In this document: in pieces, positions 28,545 through 37,478 of the stretch | Layout of the letters: each line of letters begins with the position of its first letter | Position numbering within the stretch: position 1 is the stretch's first letter | NCBI GenBank assembly: GCA_021790235.1 | Contig: JAJYID010000001.1 | Span: forward strand, 1-41,130 | Length of the DNA stretch: 41,130 nucleotides | Reading direction: 5' to 3' | Source of the DNA: a bacterium | GTDB taxonomy: Bacteria > Patescibacteriota > CPR2 > UBA1875 > JAJYID01 | Notes under the pieces: generated by a model | The model's input: the letters and a program-made list of their open reading frames with translations, nothing else | Database searches by the model: none | What the model was told of the DNA's origin: nothing | Position numbers and translations under genes: made by a program

Positions 28545-29535
28545 TTATCCTCCTTTTCATAGATAACTCCATAGAAATTCTATTTATTAAAAATTGTGGC
28601 ATCTTTTCATATCTGGCTCCCAAATATGCTCCCATTTGTCTATAAACATTCATAACAAATGCCTGACATAAATACTTTATTAAATTTTTGAATGGATATT
28701 CTTGTGCTTTTATATAGCATGCATCATTTATAAATTTTTTGATAGCATTTGGGATTATTTTTAAAATAGTTACACTATCAACAAATCCTATAGACTCTTT
28801 TAGACCCCTATATTCATCAAAATACCTACCAAGATATTCGCTTGTTGGATATGTGTGAGAATGGAAAACTGAAGCCATTGGACAATAAGCTTTTTTATAA
28901 CCAGAAAGAAGTATTTCTTTTCCCATTATTTGGTCTTCGGCATAGGAGACTTCTTTATAGGGGTGTTTTAACCAATAATTTTTTTTTATACTGGCGTTTA
29001 CATCTGAAAAAAACCCCACTATTCCTTCTATTTCTTCTCCTTTCTTTATAGACTGAATTACCGGGATGTCGTTTGAACCAAAATTTTTGAAGTGATTTTC
29101 CATATCTCTTTTAATAACTGGATTACAATTTTCTCTTGCTATATGGGGTCCAAATGTAGCTACTACTTTATTGTCTAAATCGTATGCACTTATAAGATTA
29201 GTAAGCCAGTTACCTGATATTGGAGTAGCATCCTGTGTTAAAAAAGCAACAATTTCAGACTTAGATTCTTTTATGGCTAAATTTCTTGTTTTACCATGAC
29301 CAAAATCTGTATTTTTTATTTTTATGACTCTAAATTCTTTGTTCTTTTTACTAAATAACTTATCGTACTTATTCACTATGTCTAAAGTTTTATCTTTTGA
29401 ATCAGAGTCTATAACAAGAACACTAAAGCTAAACTTTGTCTTTTGCTTTATTAAAGTTTTTAATATTTCTTCCAAATATTTCTCGCCATTGAACGTCAAT
29501 ATGGCAACTGTAACTTTTATATTTTTACTAGACAA
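28537..29535 (-). CDS. Glycosyltransferase family 2 (rhamnosyltransferase-like)
   Basis: IDSDSKDKT, FGHGKTRN, FLTQDATP, FFSDVNA, AEDQ and VFHSH motifs. Confidence 0.88.
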   Translation of the reverse strand: MSSKNIKVTVAILTFNGEKYLEEILKTLIKQKTKFSFSVLVIDSDSKDKTLDIVNKYDKLFSKKNKEFRVIKIKNTDFGHGKTRNLAIKESKSEIVAFLTQDATPISGNWLTNLISAYDLDNKVVATFGPHIARENCNPVIKRDMENHFKNFGSNDIPVIQSIKKGEEIEGIVGFFSDVNASIKKNYWLKHPYKEVSYAEDQIMGKEILLSGYKKAYCPMASVFHSHTYPTSEYLGRYFDEYRGLKESIGFVDSVTILKIIPNAIKKFINDACYIKAQEYPFKNLIKYLCQAFVMNVYRQMGAYLGARYEKMPQFLINRISMELSMKRRINV

Positions 29536-30901
29536 TTTTTTTCCCCATAATCTTCGCTAAAATATTTCTCATTTTCCATATTCCAGAATTTTTAATTACA
29601 TTACTCTCTAATTCTAGTGTCTTTTTTTCTAACTCTAGCTGGTTAATATATTTGTGAGCATTTATATTATCATTCTCTAATTCGTTCTTCTCTAGTCTTA
29701 AAAAATGGTTTTTATTAGAAAGTTTTATTACTTCCAAGTCTAATTTTTTTCTTTTTTCCTCCAGCACCATAATTTGCGAATAGTATAAATCTGGTGCGAT
29801 ATCAGGATTTGATTTGCCAGCCACAGCAGACTTAATCGCCAACAAATTACTATAACCACTCTCTTTATCTGGCTCGATGTGACACCCTTCACCCCATTCA
29901 TTCCATGCATTTAAAAATACAAACTTTTCTTCAACATTAAGTACTTTATTTTTCTGAGTATTTTTAATTTGCTTTGAGACAAAGTACTGAAATATCTTTG
30001 CATTGCTACCCCAGAAAATCGCCCCCTTGCTCCCTCTTCTTGGCGTATTATCCCAAGATGGAAAAGCTCCTCTGAAATACTTATATTCAGGCACTTCCCT
30101 AGATATCATATTATTTACTACTAAATTATAGTCATAAAGCTCTGGGCCTTTTCCACTAAATACTTTCTTATCTTTAATAAAGTCTGAGTACATGTTTTCC
30201 TGAGTATTTACGGATGTCTCTTTTAGTCTCCAGTCAGGCGCAAACTCTATAGCTGCGTCAAAATTAATTTCTTTAGGATCTATAGAATCTTCTAGTCCCT
30301 CAACCCTCACTAGATATAAACCTTCTAAGCCAGCTTTTTTCACAGCCTTTCGCCAAATACTAGCTGATTTCTTTATATCAGGGAAGAGACTAGTTCTATA
30401 AATAACTAGTAAAGGCTTCTTATTAATTTTTATATAACGGCTATCTTTAAAAGTAGGTATTAAATCATTGATAAAAGCTAGATCATCTTTATCACTATGT
30501 TTTTGAGATATTAGGATTTCATCATCCTGTCCGTCCCATCGCCTTGTCCAGTTCTCGTTTGCCCAGCAAACACAAAAAGGAATATCTATTTTTTTAGAAG
30601 CTAAGACGTTTTGTAATGGGGTTTCAAGCAATTTTTTACCACCAAACCAATAATGATAAAAACAAAAACCATGAACACCATTTTCTTGAGCCATTTTTGA
30701 TTGCTTTTCTATAGTTTCTATATTTTTCAAATCATAGTAACCAATATCTTCAGATGGTTGATGTGGTTTATGGCCATTAAAGAAAGATTTGGCTTTTTTT
30801 ACATTTGTCCAATCAGTGAATCCCTCTCCCCACCATTTATCATTTTCCGGTATTTGGTGATATTGTGGCAAATAAAATGCAATTAGTCTTACCTTAATCA
30901 T
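29528..30901 (-). CDS. WbsX / glycoside hydrolase family 99-like domain protein with C-terminal coiled coil
   Basis: IAFYLPQYH.IPENDKWWGEGFTDWTNV, CWANENWTRRWDG, SWDNTPRR and NAWNEWGEGCHIEPD motifs. Confidence 0.9.
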   Translation of the reverse strand: MIKVRLIAFYLPQYHQIPENDKWWGEGFTDWTNVKKAKSFFNGHKPHQPSEDIGYYDLKNIETIEKQSKMAQENGVHGFCFYHYWFGGKKLLETPLQNVLASKKIDIPFCVCWANENWTRRWDGQDDEILISQKHSDKDDLAFINDLIPTFKDSRYIKINKKPLLVIYRTSLFPDIKKSASIWRKAVKKAGLEGLYLVRVEGLEDSIDPKEINFDAAIEFAPDWRLKETSVNTQENMYSDFIKDKKVFSGKGPELYDYNLVVNNMISREVPEYKYFRGAFPSWDNTPRRGSKGAIFWGSNAKIFQYFVSKQIKNTQKNKVLNVEEKFVFLNAWNEWGEGCHIEPDKESGYSNLLAIKSAVAGKSNPDIAPDLYYSQIMVLEEKRKKLDLEVIKLSNKNHFLRLEKNELENDNINAHKYINQLELEKKTLELESNVIKNSGIWKMRNILAKIMGKKIV

Positions 30902-33785
30902 AACTATTGTCCTCCTCTAAAGCATCTTTTGTTGCCTGTAAATACGCATAACCATATCTCATGTCAGGCTCTAGATGTGCACCCTCAGCCCACTCATTCC
31001 AGGCATTAATAAATACAAACTGTTCGTTTTTCTGATTATGATTTTTAGTATATTTGATTACTCCACATAACCATTTTTTATATTGTAACGGACTTAGATT
31101 GTAAACACCTGCTCCAGTATAGGCCTTTCTAGGTGAGTTATCCCAACTTGGAAAAACAGTTTTAAATAAAGTATAATCCGTTTTATACTCGTATTTTTTC
31201 TCTTCAACATATTGATTCATGTCAACAATGGTCCCATCAAAACAAGGATTTATAAAGTCCTCTATCTTCTTCGTCTGGGTAACACTAGCAAGTGTATGAG
31301 GTGGAAATTCAACCACGGCATCAAGCCCCCATTCATTTGGGTTACCCTGAAAACCATGAGAGTTCGCGGTTACAAGATACAAGTCTGAAAAGCCATTCTC
31401 TTTAGCAATTTTCCTAAAATTATCAAACAAGCGTTTTGCCCGTTGTTGTTCAAACAAATGAGGTCTATAAATAATAAGAACAGGCTTATCATCGATTTTT
31501 ATATATCTTTTATCCTTAAAGAATGGAAGTACATCTTTCATAAAAAGCTTATCATCATCTTCGTTAAGTTCCTGTTTTATTAGCAACTCTTTATCACCTC
31601 CGTCCCAAAGTTTTGACCAATTCTCATTAGCCCAACATAAACAGAAGGGGAAATTAATTTCTTTATTTTCCAGCCAATTTATTATTGGCCTCTCAAGTAC
31701 TTTCCTGCCAGAAAACCAATAATAGTGAAAACAAAAACCATAGATCCCGTACATTTTAGCTAGTTCAACTTGTCTTTTCATGGTATCAATGTTCCTCAAG
31801 TCATAAAAACCAACATCATATGGTATCTGCGGTTGATAATGACCTATAAATTGAGGTGTTGCACTACTTACATTCGTCCATTCTGTAAATCCCTTCCCAT
31901 ATTGCTTATCATTTATATCAATGGGGTGGAATTGAGGTAAGTAAAAAGCAATCAATTTGGTAGACAATTTCCCTTTATAGGGGTGTTGTGTAATTTCAAC
32001 AAAATCCTCAGATGGGACAATATTTTGCTCGAGTAAAAATTGCAAATATTCATCTCTAGACTTTCTATCTTGTATTTCTTTTTCACTACTTTGTAAAAAG
32101 TCGGGTGTTGGAAGAACAGAATGAGAAGGGGTTATATAATGTCTTAATTTATGATATTCCTCGTAAAGTTTCCAAAACTTCGAGGACTTTATCCACGCTA
32201 TTTCCTGTTCTTTATCTCGCAGAGGTTTTTCTAATAGCTCAGCATGAGAGGCTGTTTCTTTTAAATCATCATTTCTTAAATCAAGTAAGCCCTGAGGTGC
32301 ATTATTCTCATCAAGCTTTATCATTCTGATATTTTTTGTTAGCGTTCTCTCATAATCAGTGTTAGTTTTTTTCACTTCCAAAACATATTGTAAAACATAA
32401 GAATGTAAGTCTCTAAATATACAGTCCTTTACAGTTACCTCTAATGAGTCATATGGGTTTGTCCCTTGAAAGCCGATTTTATCCCAGTAAGTATATTTAC
32501 TCTTTTTAATTTCTAGACCAATCTTGGCAAGAAATGGTGGTATAGATTTTTGGGTAAAAAATTTTACATGAGTTTCATCCAATAATCCTATTGGTGTATA
32601 AGTAAAATCGTCCAATAATAAATTGGCTTTTATACTTGAGTGAGCCAAATTTGGTATTGAGAGAACAAAAGAACCATTATCTTTTAATAAGGATTTTAAT
32701 TTCTCCAGTGTTTCCTGTGGAGCATATAGGTGCTCTAAAACGTCTCCAAGAAAAATATAATCAAAGTAGCCAGAAAATTTTAAGAATTCTTCTGCTTTGA
32801 ATTCATTTAAATCCACTTGGAAGATATCCTTAAACATATTTGTAGCTTTAGCAATCTTAATGCTAACCGAGTTATATTCCATGCCCCATATTTCTGCTTC
32901 CTTTTTTTGCTTCAGAACAATTGCGAAATCACCACAAGCACATCCTACATCAAGAATCTTTTTGGCAGGTTTTATATATTCAATACTTATATACTTTGAA
33001 TCATTCTTTGAAATTACTGGATTCTGATAAATTGTGCTCCTGTCTTCTTCTTTTACTTTTTTTATAATTAAATTTTTAGTTTTAATTTTTTCTGTATTTT
33101 TACCAATATTCAGAGTTATACCTGCAAAAGTATAATCTTTATATTTATTGTTTATATAAGGATATTTATCCGTACAAGTTGGTCTTTCAGAAATATTATC
33201 GAGCTGAGACCAATGACAAACAGCAAGCTTTAATACTTTAGACTTTATTTTATGTTTGATAAATGCATTTAAACAAAAGTCTTCCACATACAAATCCCAA
33301 TCAAGATTTTCATCAAACCTCAGGTCAAATTTTTTTATTAAAGAAGAGTGAACTATCAAGCTTTGGCAATCAAGAACATCTACAGTTGTGAGGTTTTTAA
33401 AACTAGATCCTAATTTTCTGTGATTTTTATTATCCCTAGTACAATCCAAAATTTCCCCTATGTAATCTCGCGACAAAATACCCTTGGATTTAGTTAACTT
33501 CGCCCCAAAGACACCGTACAATCCTTCTTTATTCAACTTTTTTATTTTAGGTGCAATATTTTCAAGAATTTCCCAGTCTTCATGGCAAAAAACAAACCAA
33601 CCAGGATTTGAAAAATCATAACTGTCTAAAAATTCATTATATCTTTTTGATAGCCCAATGTTTTCTTGACTGTTATCAAGTAGTTTTAGAATATTTTTAT
33701 CGTCTATAACGTGGGGGTTATCTCTTATAACCCTATTATACATATCAAAATCCCTGACCACTGAAATAAAAATTATATTGTCCAT
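30894..33785 (-). CDS. Multidomain protein: GT2-like domain, SAM-dependent methyltransferase, short helical linker, WbsX/GH99-like domain
   Basis: WFVFCHED and WDLYVEDFCL; ILDVGCACG, GDVLEHL, GLLDETHVKFFT; IAFYLPQFH and NAWNEWAEGAHLEPD. Confidence 0.88.
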   Translation of the reverse strand: MDNIIFISVVRDFDMYNRVIRDNPHVIDDKNILKLLDNSQENIGLSKRYNEFLDSYDFSNPGWFVFCHEDWEILENIAPKIKKLNKEGLYGVFGAKLTKSKGILSRDYIGEILDCTRDNKNHRKLGSSFKNLTTVDVLDCQSLIVHSSLIKKFDLRFDENLDWDLYVEDFCLNAFIKHKIKSKVLKLAVCHWSQLDNISERPTCTDKYPYINNKYKDYTFAGITLNIGKNTEKIKTKNLIIKKVKEEDRSTIYQNPVISKNDSKYISIEYIKPAKKILDVGCACGDFAIVLKQKKEAEIWGMEYNSVSIKIAKATNMFKDIFQVDLNEFKAEEFLKFSGYFDYIFLGDVLEHLYAPQETLEKLKSLLKDNGSFVLSIPNLAHSSIKANLLLDDFTYTPIGLLDETHVKFFTQKSIPPFLAKIGLEIKKSKYTYWDKIGFQGTNPYDSLEVTVKDCIFRDLHSYVLQYVLEVKKTNTDYERTLTKNIRMIKLDENNAPQGLLDLRNDDLKETASHAELLEKPLRDKEQEIAWIKSSKFWKLYEEYHKLRHYITPSHSVLPTPDFLQSSEKEIQDRKSRDEYLQFLLEQNIVPSEDFVEITQHPYKGKLSTKLIAFYLPQFHPIDINDKQYGKGFTEWTNVSSATPQFIGHYQPQIPYDVGFYDLRNIDTMKRQVELAKMYGIYGFCFHYYWFSGRKVLERPIINWLENKEINFPFCLCWANENWSKLWDGGDKELLIKQELNEDDDKLFMKDVLPFFKDKRYIKIDDKPVLIIYRPHLFEQQRAKRLFDNFRKIAKENGFSDLYLVTANSHGFQGNPNEWGLDAVVEFPPHTLASVTQTKKIEDFINPCFDGTIVDMNQYVEEKKYEYKTDYTLFKTVFPSWDNSPRKAYTGAGVYNLSPLQYKKWLCGVIKYTKNHNQKNEQFVFINAWNEWAEGAHLEPDMRYGYAYLQATKDALEEDNSYD

Positions 33786-33787
33786 TT

Positions 33788-35020
33788 TTACTTACCCCAC
33801 CTATAATCTATATTTATTATCCCTTGATTTCTATCTACAGAAACTACTTTAAAAAAATTTGATTTTTCAAGGAGGTCGAGTGGCATTTCCTTTTTACTGC
33901 CCCAAATACCAACCTTTACATAGTATGAATTTGTTCTTAGAGGGATACCATCATACTCAACTTGAAAATAACCTTTTCTAAGATAAACAGATGTATCAAT
34001 TTTATCGAAAGAGGTATGTATCCCAAATATATAGTTTCCTTCACTATTATAAATAGCTACACCAAATTCTAAATTACTGATATTCTTATCTTTCTTAAAA
34101 TAAACTCGGACTTTAAGATTTTCACCAGTTTTGAAAATATTTTTCGGTTTTTCTGCTTTGTCTAGAAACTGAACTTTTGTTATCGATGCTTTTTTTGTTG
34201 GTTTCTTTTTATCGGAATTACTATCTGCTTTTTTTAAATCTTCACTATAGATTCTATTTTCTTCATCTTTTATGTTGTCCTGTGAATATTTATTCGCTAC
34301 TTCCTCGGCTCTACCAATTTTCATAACCTTTCCATTTCGGAGTAGCATCACTCTATCACAATGCTTCTGTACAGTGTTGATATCGTGAGAAACAAGAACA
34401 ACTGTCTTCCCTTGTTCCTTGTATTTATTAAACTCATCTATACATTTGCTTTGAAAATTAGTATCGCCAACCGCTAAAACCTCGTCCATCAAAAGTATTT
34501 CGGCATGAGCGTTTATCGCAAGTGAAAATGCTAAGCGTACTTGCATACCTGAAGAGTAGTTTTTCAGTTTCATATCTATAAACTCTTCCAGCTCAGAAAA
34601 CCTCACTATCTTATCGAATTTATCAGCTACCTCTTGTCTTGTGAGTCCAAGAATGGCTCCCCCTAAAAACAGATTTTCACGTCCAGTAAGTTCAGGGTTG
34701 AATCCTACCCCCAATTCAAGAAATGGAGAGAGTTTGCCGTGAATCTCGACTTTTCCTGTTGTTGGGACATAAATACCAGCTAGTATCTTTAGTAGCGTGC
34801 TTTTACCGCTACCATTTCTACCTATTATCCCAAAAAATTCACCTTTTTTTATCTCAAAAGACACATCTTTCAATGCCTTAAATGTTTCGTATGAGTTCTT
34901 TTTAAACATATTGATCGCAGCGCCCTTTAGATTGTTACGTTTTTCATGAGGAATACTAAATATTTTTGACACATTCTCCACTCGTATTGCTACCTCACTC
35001 TTATCTATATTTTTCTTCAT
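33788..35020 (-). CDS. wzt: Polysaccharide ABC exporter ATP-binding subunit with C-terminal carbohydrate-binding domain
   Basis: GRNGSGKST, LELGVGFNPELTGREN, YSSGMQVRLAFS, LMDEVLAVGD; about 150 aa C-terminal extension. Confidence 0.95.
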   Translation of the reverse strand: MKKNIDKSEVAIRVENVSKIFSIPHEKRNNLKGAAINMFKKNSYETFKALKDVSFEIKKGEFFGIIGRNGSGKSTLLKILAGIYVPTTGKVEIHGKLSPFLELGVGFNPELTGRENLFLGGAILGLTRQEVADKFDKIVRFSELEEFIDMKLKNYSSGMQVRLAFSLAINAHAEILLMDEVLAVGDTNFQSKCIDEFNKYKEQGKTVVLVSHDINTVQKHCDRVMLLRNGKVMKIGRAEEVANKYSQDNIKDEENRIYSEDLKKADSNSDKKKPTKKASITKVQFLDKAEKPKNIFKTGENLKVRVYFKKDKNISNLEFGVAIYNSEGNYIFGIHTSFDKIDTSVYLRKGYFQVEYDGIPLRTNSYYVKVGIWGSKKEMPLDLLEKSNFFKVVSVDRNQGIINIDYRWGK

Positions 35021-35040
35021 ATCTATTATTTAATTTATTT

Positions 35041-35829
35041 TTATACTTCCTCAGCAAACTTTGCTGCCATTTTCTGGAAAACCATATAACTAATACCAAG
35101 AATAGTTATCACCAAGATAAAAGGAATGACGGAATACCAACCTAAAACACTCCAAGAAGTAGTTATATTACCAGAAATAATTGTTGATCTTGCTCCTTGA
35201 ATAACCTGTGCCAAAGGACTCAACATTAAAATTTTCAAGAATCTTGTTGGCACTAAACTGGTAGGATAAAGGATGGGTGTTGCATAAAATAAACCTTGTG
35301 CTATAACTTCCCAAATAGGACCAATATCTCTAAACTTTACAAATATAGCTGCTAAGAAAAGTGACACAGAGATAGTAAAGATATAAAACTCTACTAAATA
35401 TAAAGGTAATATAAAAATATTAAATGTAAATGGTACCTTACTAAACATAGCAAAACCTGCTACCACGACCAGATTAAGTATCAGAGTTGCAAAAGATGTA
35501 AGACTTATAGCAATCGGCATAATAATTCTAGGAAAATAAACCTTTCTAATAAGGTCTCCATTACCAACTATAGAACCCATACACATAGAAGTTGTCTCAA
35601 CAAAAAATTGAAATAATGTAATACCTAAAAGTAAATATACCGCATAATAAGGGATGGTTGAACCAAGTTTAAAAACATTATTAAAAACTATGTATAGAAT
35701 AAGAAAAAGGAATAAAGGCTTCATCAGTGACCATAAATAACCAAAAAAAGACCCCTGATACTTCATCTTAAAACCTGTTATTGCCAACTCTCTGGTAAGG
35801 TCATAGTATTTAAGCTTATTTATTTTCAT
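35041..35829 (-). CDS. wzm: Polysaccharide ABC exporter permease
   Basis: KYQGSFFGYLWSLMKPL, LIRKVYFPR, KFRDI and FYATPILYP motifs. Confidence 0.95.
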   Translation of the reverse strand: MKINKLKYYDLTRELAITGFKMKYQGSFFGYLWSLMKPLFLFLILYIVFNNVFKLGSTIPYYAVYLLLGITLFQFFVETTSMCMGSIVGNGDLIRKVYFPRIIMPIAISLTSFATLILNLVVVAGFAMFSKVPFTFNIFILPLYLVEFYIFTISVSLFLAAIFVKFRDIGPIWEVIAQGLFYATPILYPTSLVPTRFLKILMLSPLAQVIQGARSTIISGNITTSWSVLGWYSVIPFILVITILGISYMVFQKMAAKFAEEV

Positions 35830-35946
35830 AATCTGTGATATTTTAGCATATTTAAGTGCTTTTTAAAAGTAATTTGATACATCTTGAAAATATTCTGTTT
35901 TAGTATAAAATGAAATGGTATTGTTTATTACTAGATAAGGATAATT

Positions 35947-36930
35947 TTGACTTTAAAAAATCATTATAGTAACTCAAATGTACTTATAACTGGCGGCAAT
36001 GGGTTCATTGGTGCAAACCTTACGGAAATATTAGTCAAGCTTGGTGCTAATGTAACAGTGTTTACGAATATCGCGCAGCCAGGTTGGGAAAAGAAATTCA
36101 AAATTAATGGTAAAACAAACACTGTCATAGGAGATATTACTTCAAAAAAAGATACTGAAAAAGTAGTACAAAATATGGATTTTGTTTTTCATTTAGCGGG
36201 TATATCCGGAGCTACTGAAAGTAATGAGAGATCACTTTTAGATATGCAGATAAATTGTGGTGGAGTATTAACTTTACTAGAGGCATGTAGAAAAAAAAAT
36301 CAAAGAGCACGAATTCTTTTTCCTAGTTCACAACTCGTATATGGTCAGGCTAACAAATTACCTGTGGCTGAAAGTCACTCAACAGAACCTACTAGTATAT
36401 ATGGTATACACAGATTAACAGTTGACAAATATATCGTACTTTACAATAAAGTTTTTGGACTCAAAACTGTCGCTCTTAGAATTCCTAATCCATATGGTCC
36501 AAGACAAAGTATGGATCATACCTATGGGATTGTTAACTATTTTATTGGCAGAGTACTTGCTGGTAACAATATTACAATCTATGGAGAAGGAAATCAGATG
36601 AGAGACTATATTTATATTGAAGATTTAATTGAGGCTATGTTAATTTCAAATGCTAGTCCAGAATCAATAGGCAAAGTATACAATGTAGGTAGCGGGAAAC
36701 CTCATCAATTCAAAGAGATGGCAGAGAAAATTACTAAAGTTATTGGGATTGGTGATATCAAGCATGTCGAATTCCCCAAAAATGCTGCAAAGTCTGAGGT
36801 TGGAGACATTTATTTAGATATTGGAAAAATTAAAGAAGAACTTGGTTGGGAACCATCAACAAAACTTGAAGATGGCATTAGAAAAACAATAGCTTACTAT
36901 AAAAAATCCTCTATTGAATCCTTGGCATAA
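35947..36930 (+). CDS. NAD-dependent epimerase/dehydratase (extended SDR)
   Basis: VLITGGNGFIG, VFHLAG, NPYGPRQ, RDYIYIED and YNVGSG motifs; transcribed divergently from wzm. Confidence 0.93.
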   Translation: MTLKNHYSNSNVLITGGNGFIGANLTEILVKLGANVTVFTNIAQPGWEKKFKINGKTNTVIGDITSKKDTEKVVQNMDFVFHLAGISGATESNERSLLDMQINCGGVLTLLEACRKKNQRARILFPSSQLVYGQANKLPVAESHSTEPTSIYGIHRLTVDKYIVLYNKVFGLKTVALRIPNPYGPRQSMDHTYGIVNYFIGRVLAGNNITIYGEGNQMRDYIYIEDLIEAMLISNASPESIGKVYNVGSGKPHQFKEMAEKITKVIGIGDIKHVEFPKNAAKSEVGDIYLDIGKIKEELGWEPSTKLEDGIRKTIAYYKKSSIESLA

Positions 36931-36939
36931 AAAAAGTCT

Positions 36940-37478
36940 TTAACTCACATCCGCCCCATTGGGCAAGGCATTTAAAGTAGCCGGATCAGAATCATAAACA
37001 TCATACCAATTATAGCCATGCTCATTAAAAATGGTAATCGTAGGAATATAACACTTAGCACCACTTTCGATTAGATAAATTTTCCCGCTAGAAGGATCTC
37101 TGGCTAGTTTGGTTACTAAGTATCCATTTGAATATCCATCTAGATATGCATCATTAGGCGTGAAAAGAATATTGTTCCAATTAAACCCCCAGTTATTAAA
37201 GGTGTCTGAGCTGTTGATTGCTCTTTTTTCATGATTTTCGATAAAATAAACAGCCCCGCCATAAGAATGTGCTACTAGTTGCGGCAAGGTTATATCTGAT
37301 CCATTAGCCAACAATGAGAGAGTGTCAGAAGAAGCATCGCTAACTTCATCCCAATGAAATCCATAAAAATTGAATGTTTCTGGACTGTCTATCCATTGTT
37401 TGCTCCCATTAGTTACAAGATAAATCTTGCCATCAATTGTAGAGTTAGGCAGACGGGTAAGGGTTGGGGAAGTAGAAA
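36940..37478. repeat. Direct repeat, copy 1 (539 bp; 3' end of the S8 peptidase gene)
   Basis: Matches 38937-39475 at offset 1997; by eye a single difference (36952 C vs 38949 T). Confidence 0.95.
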
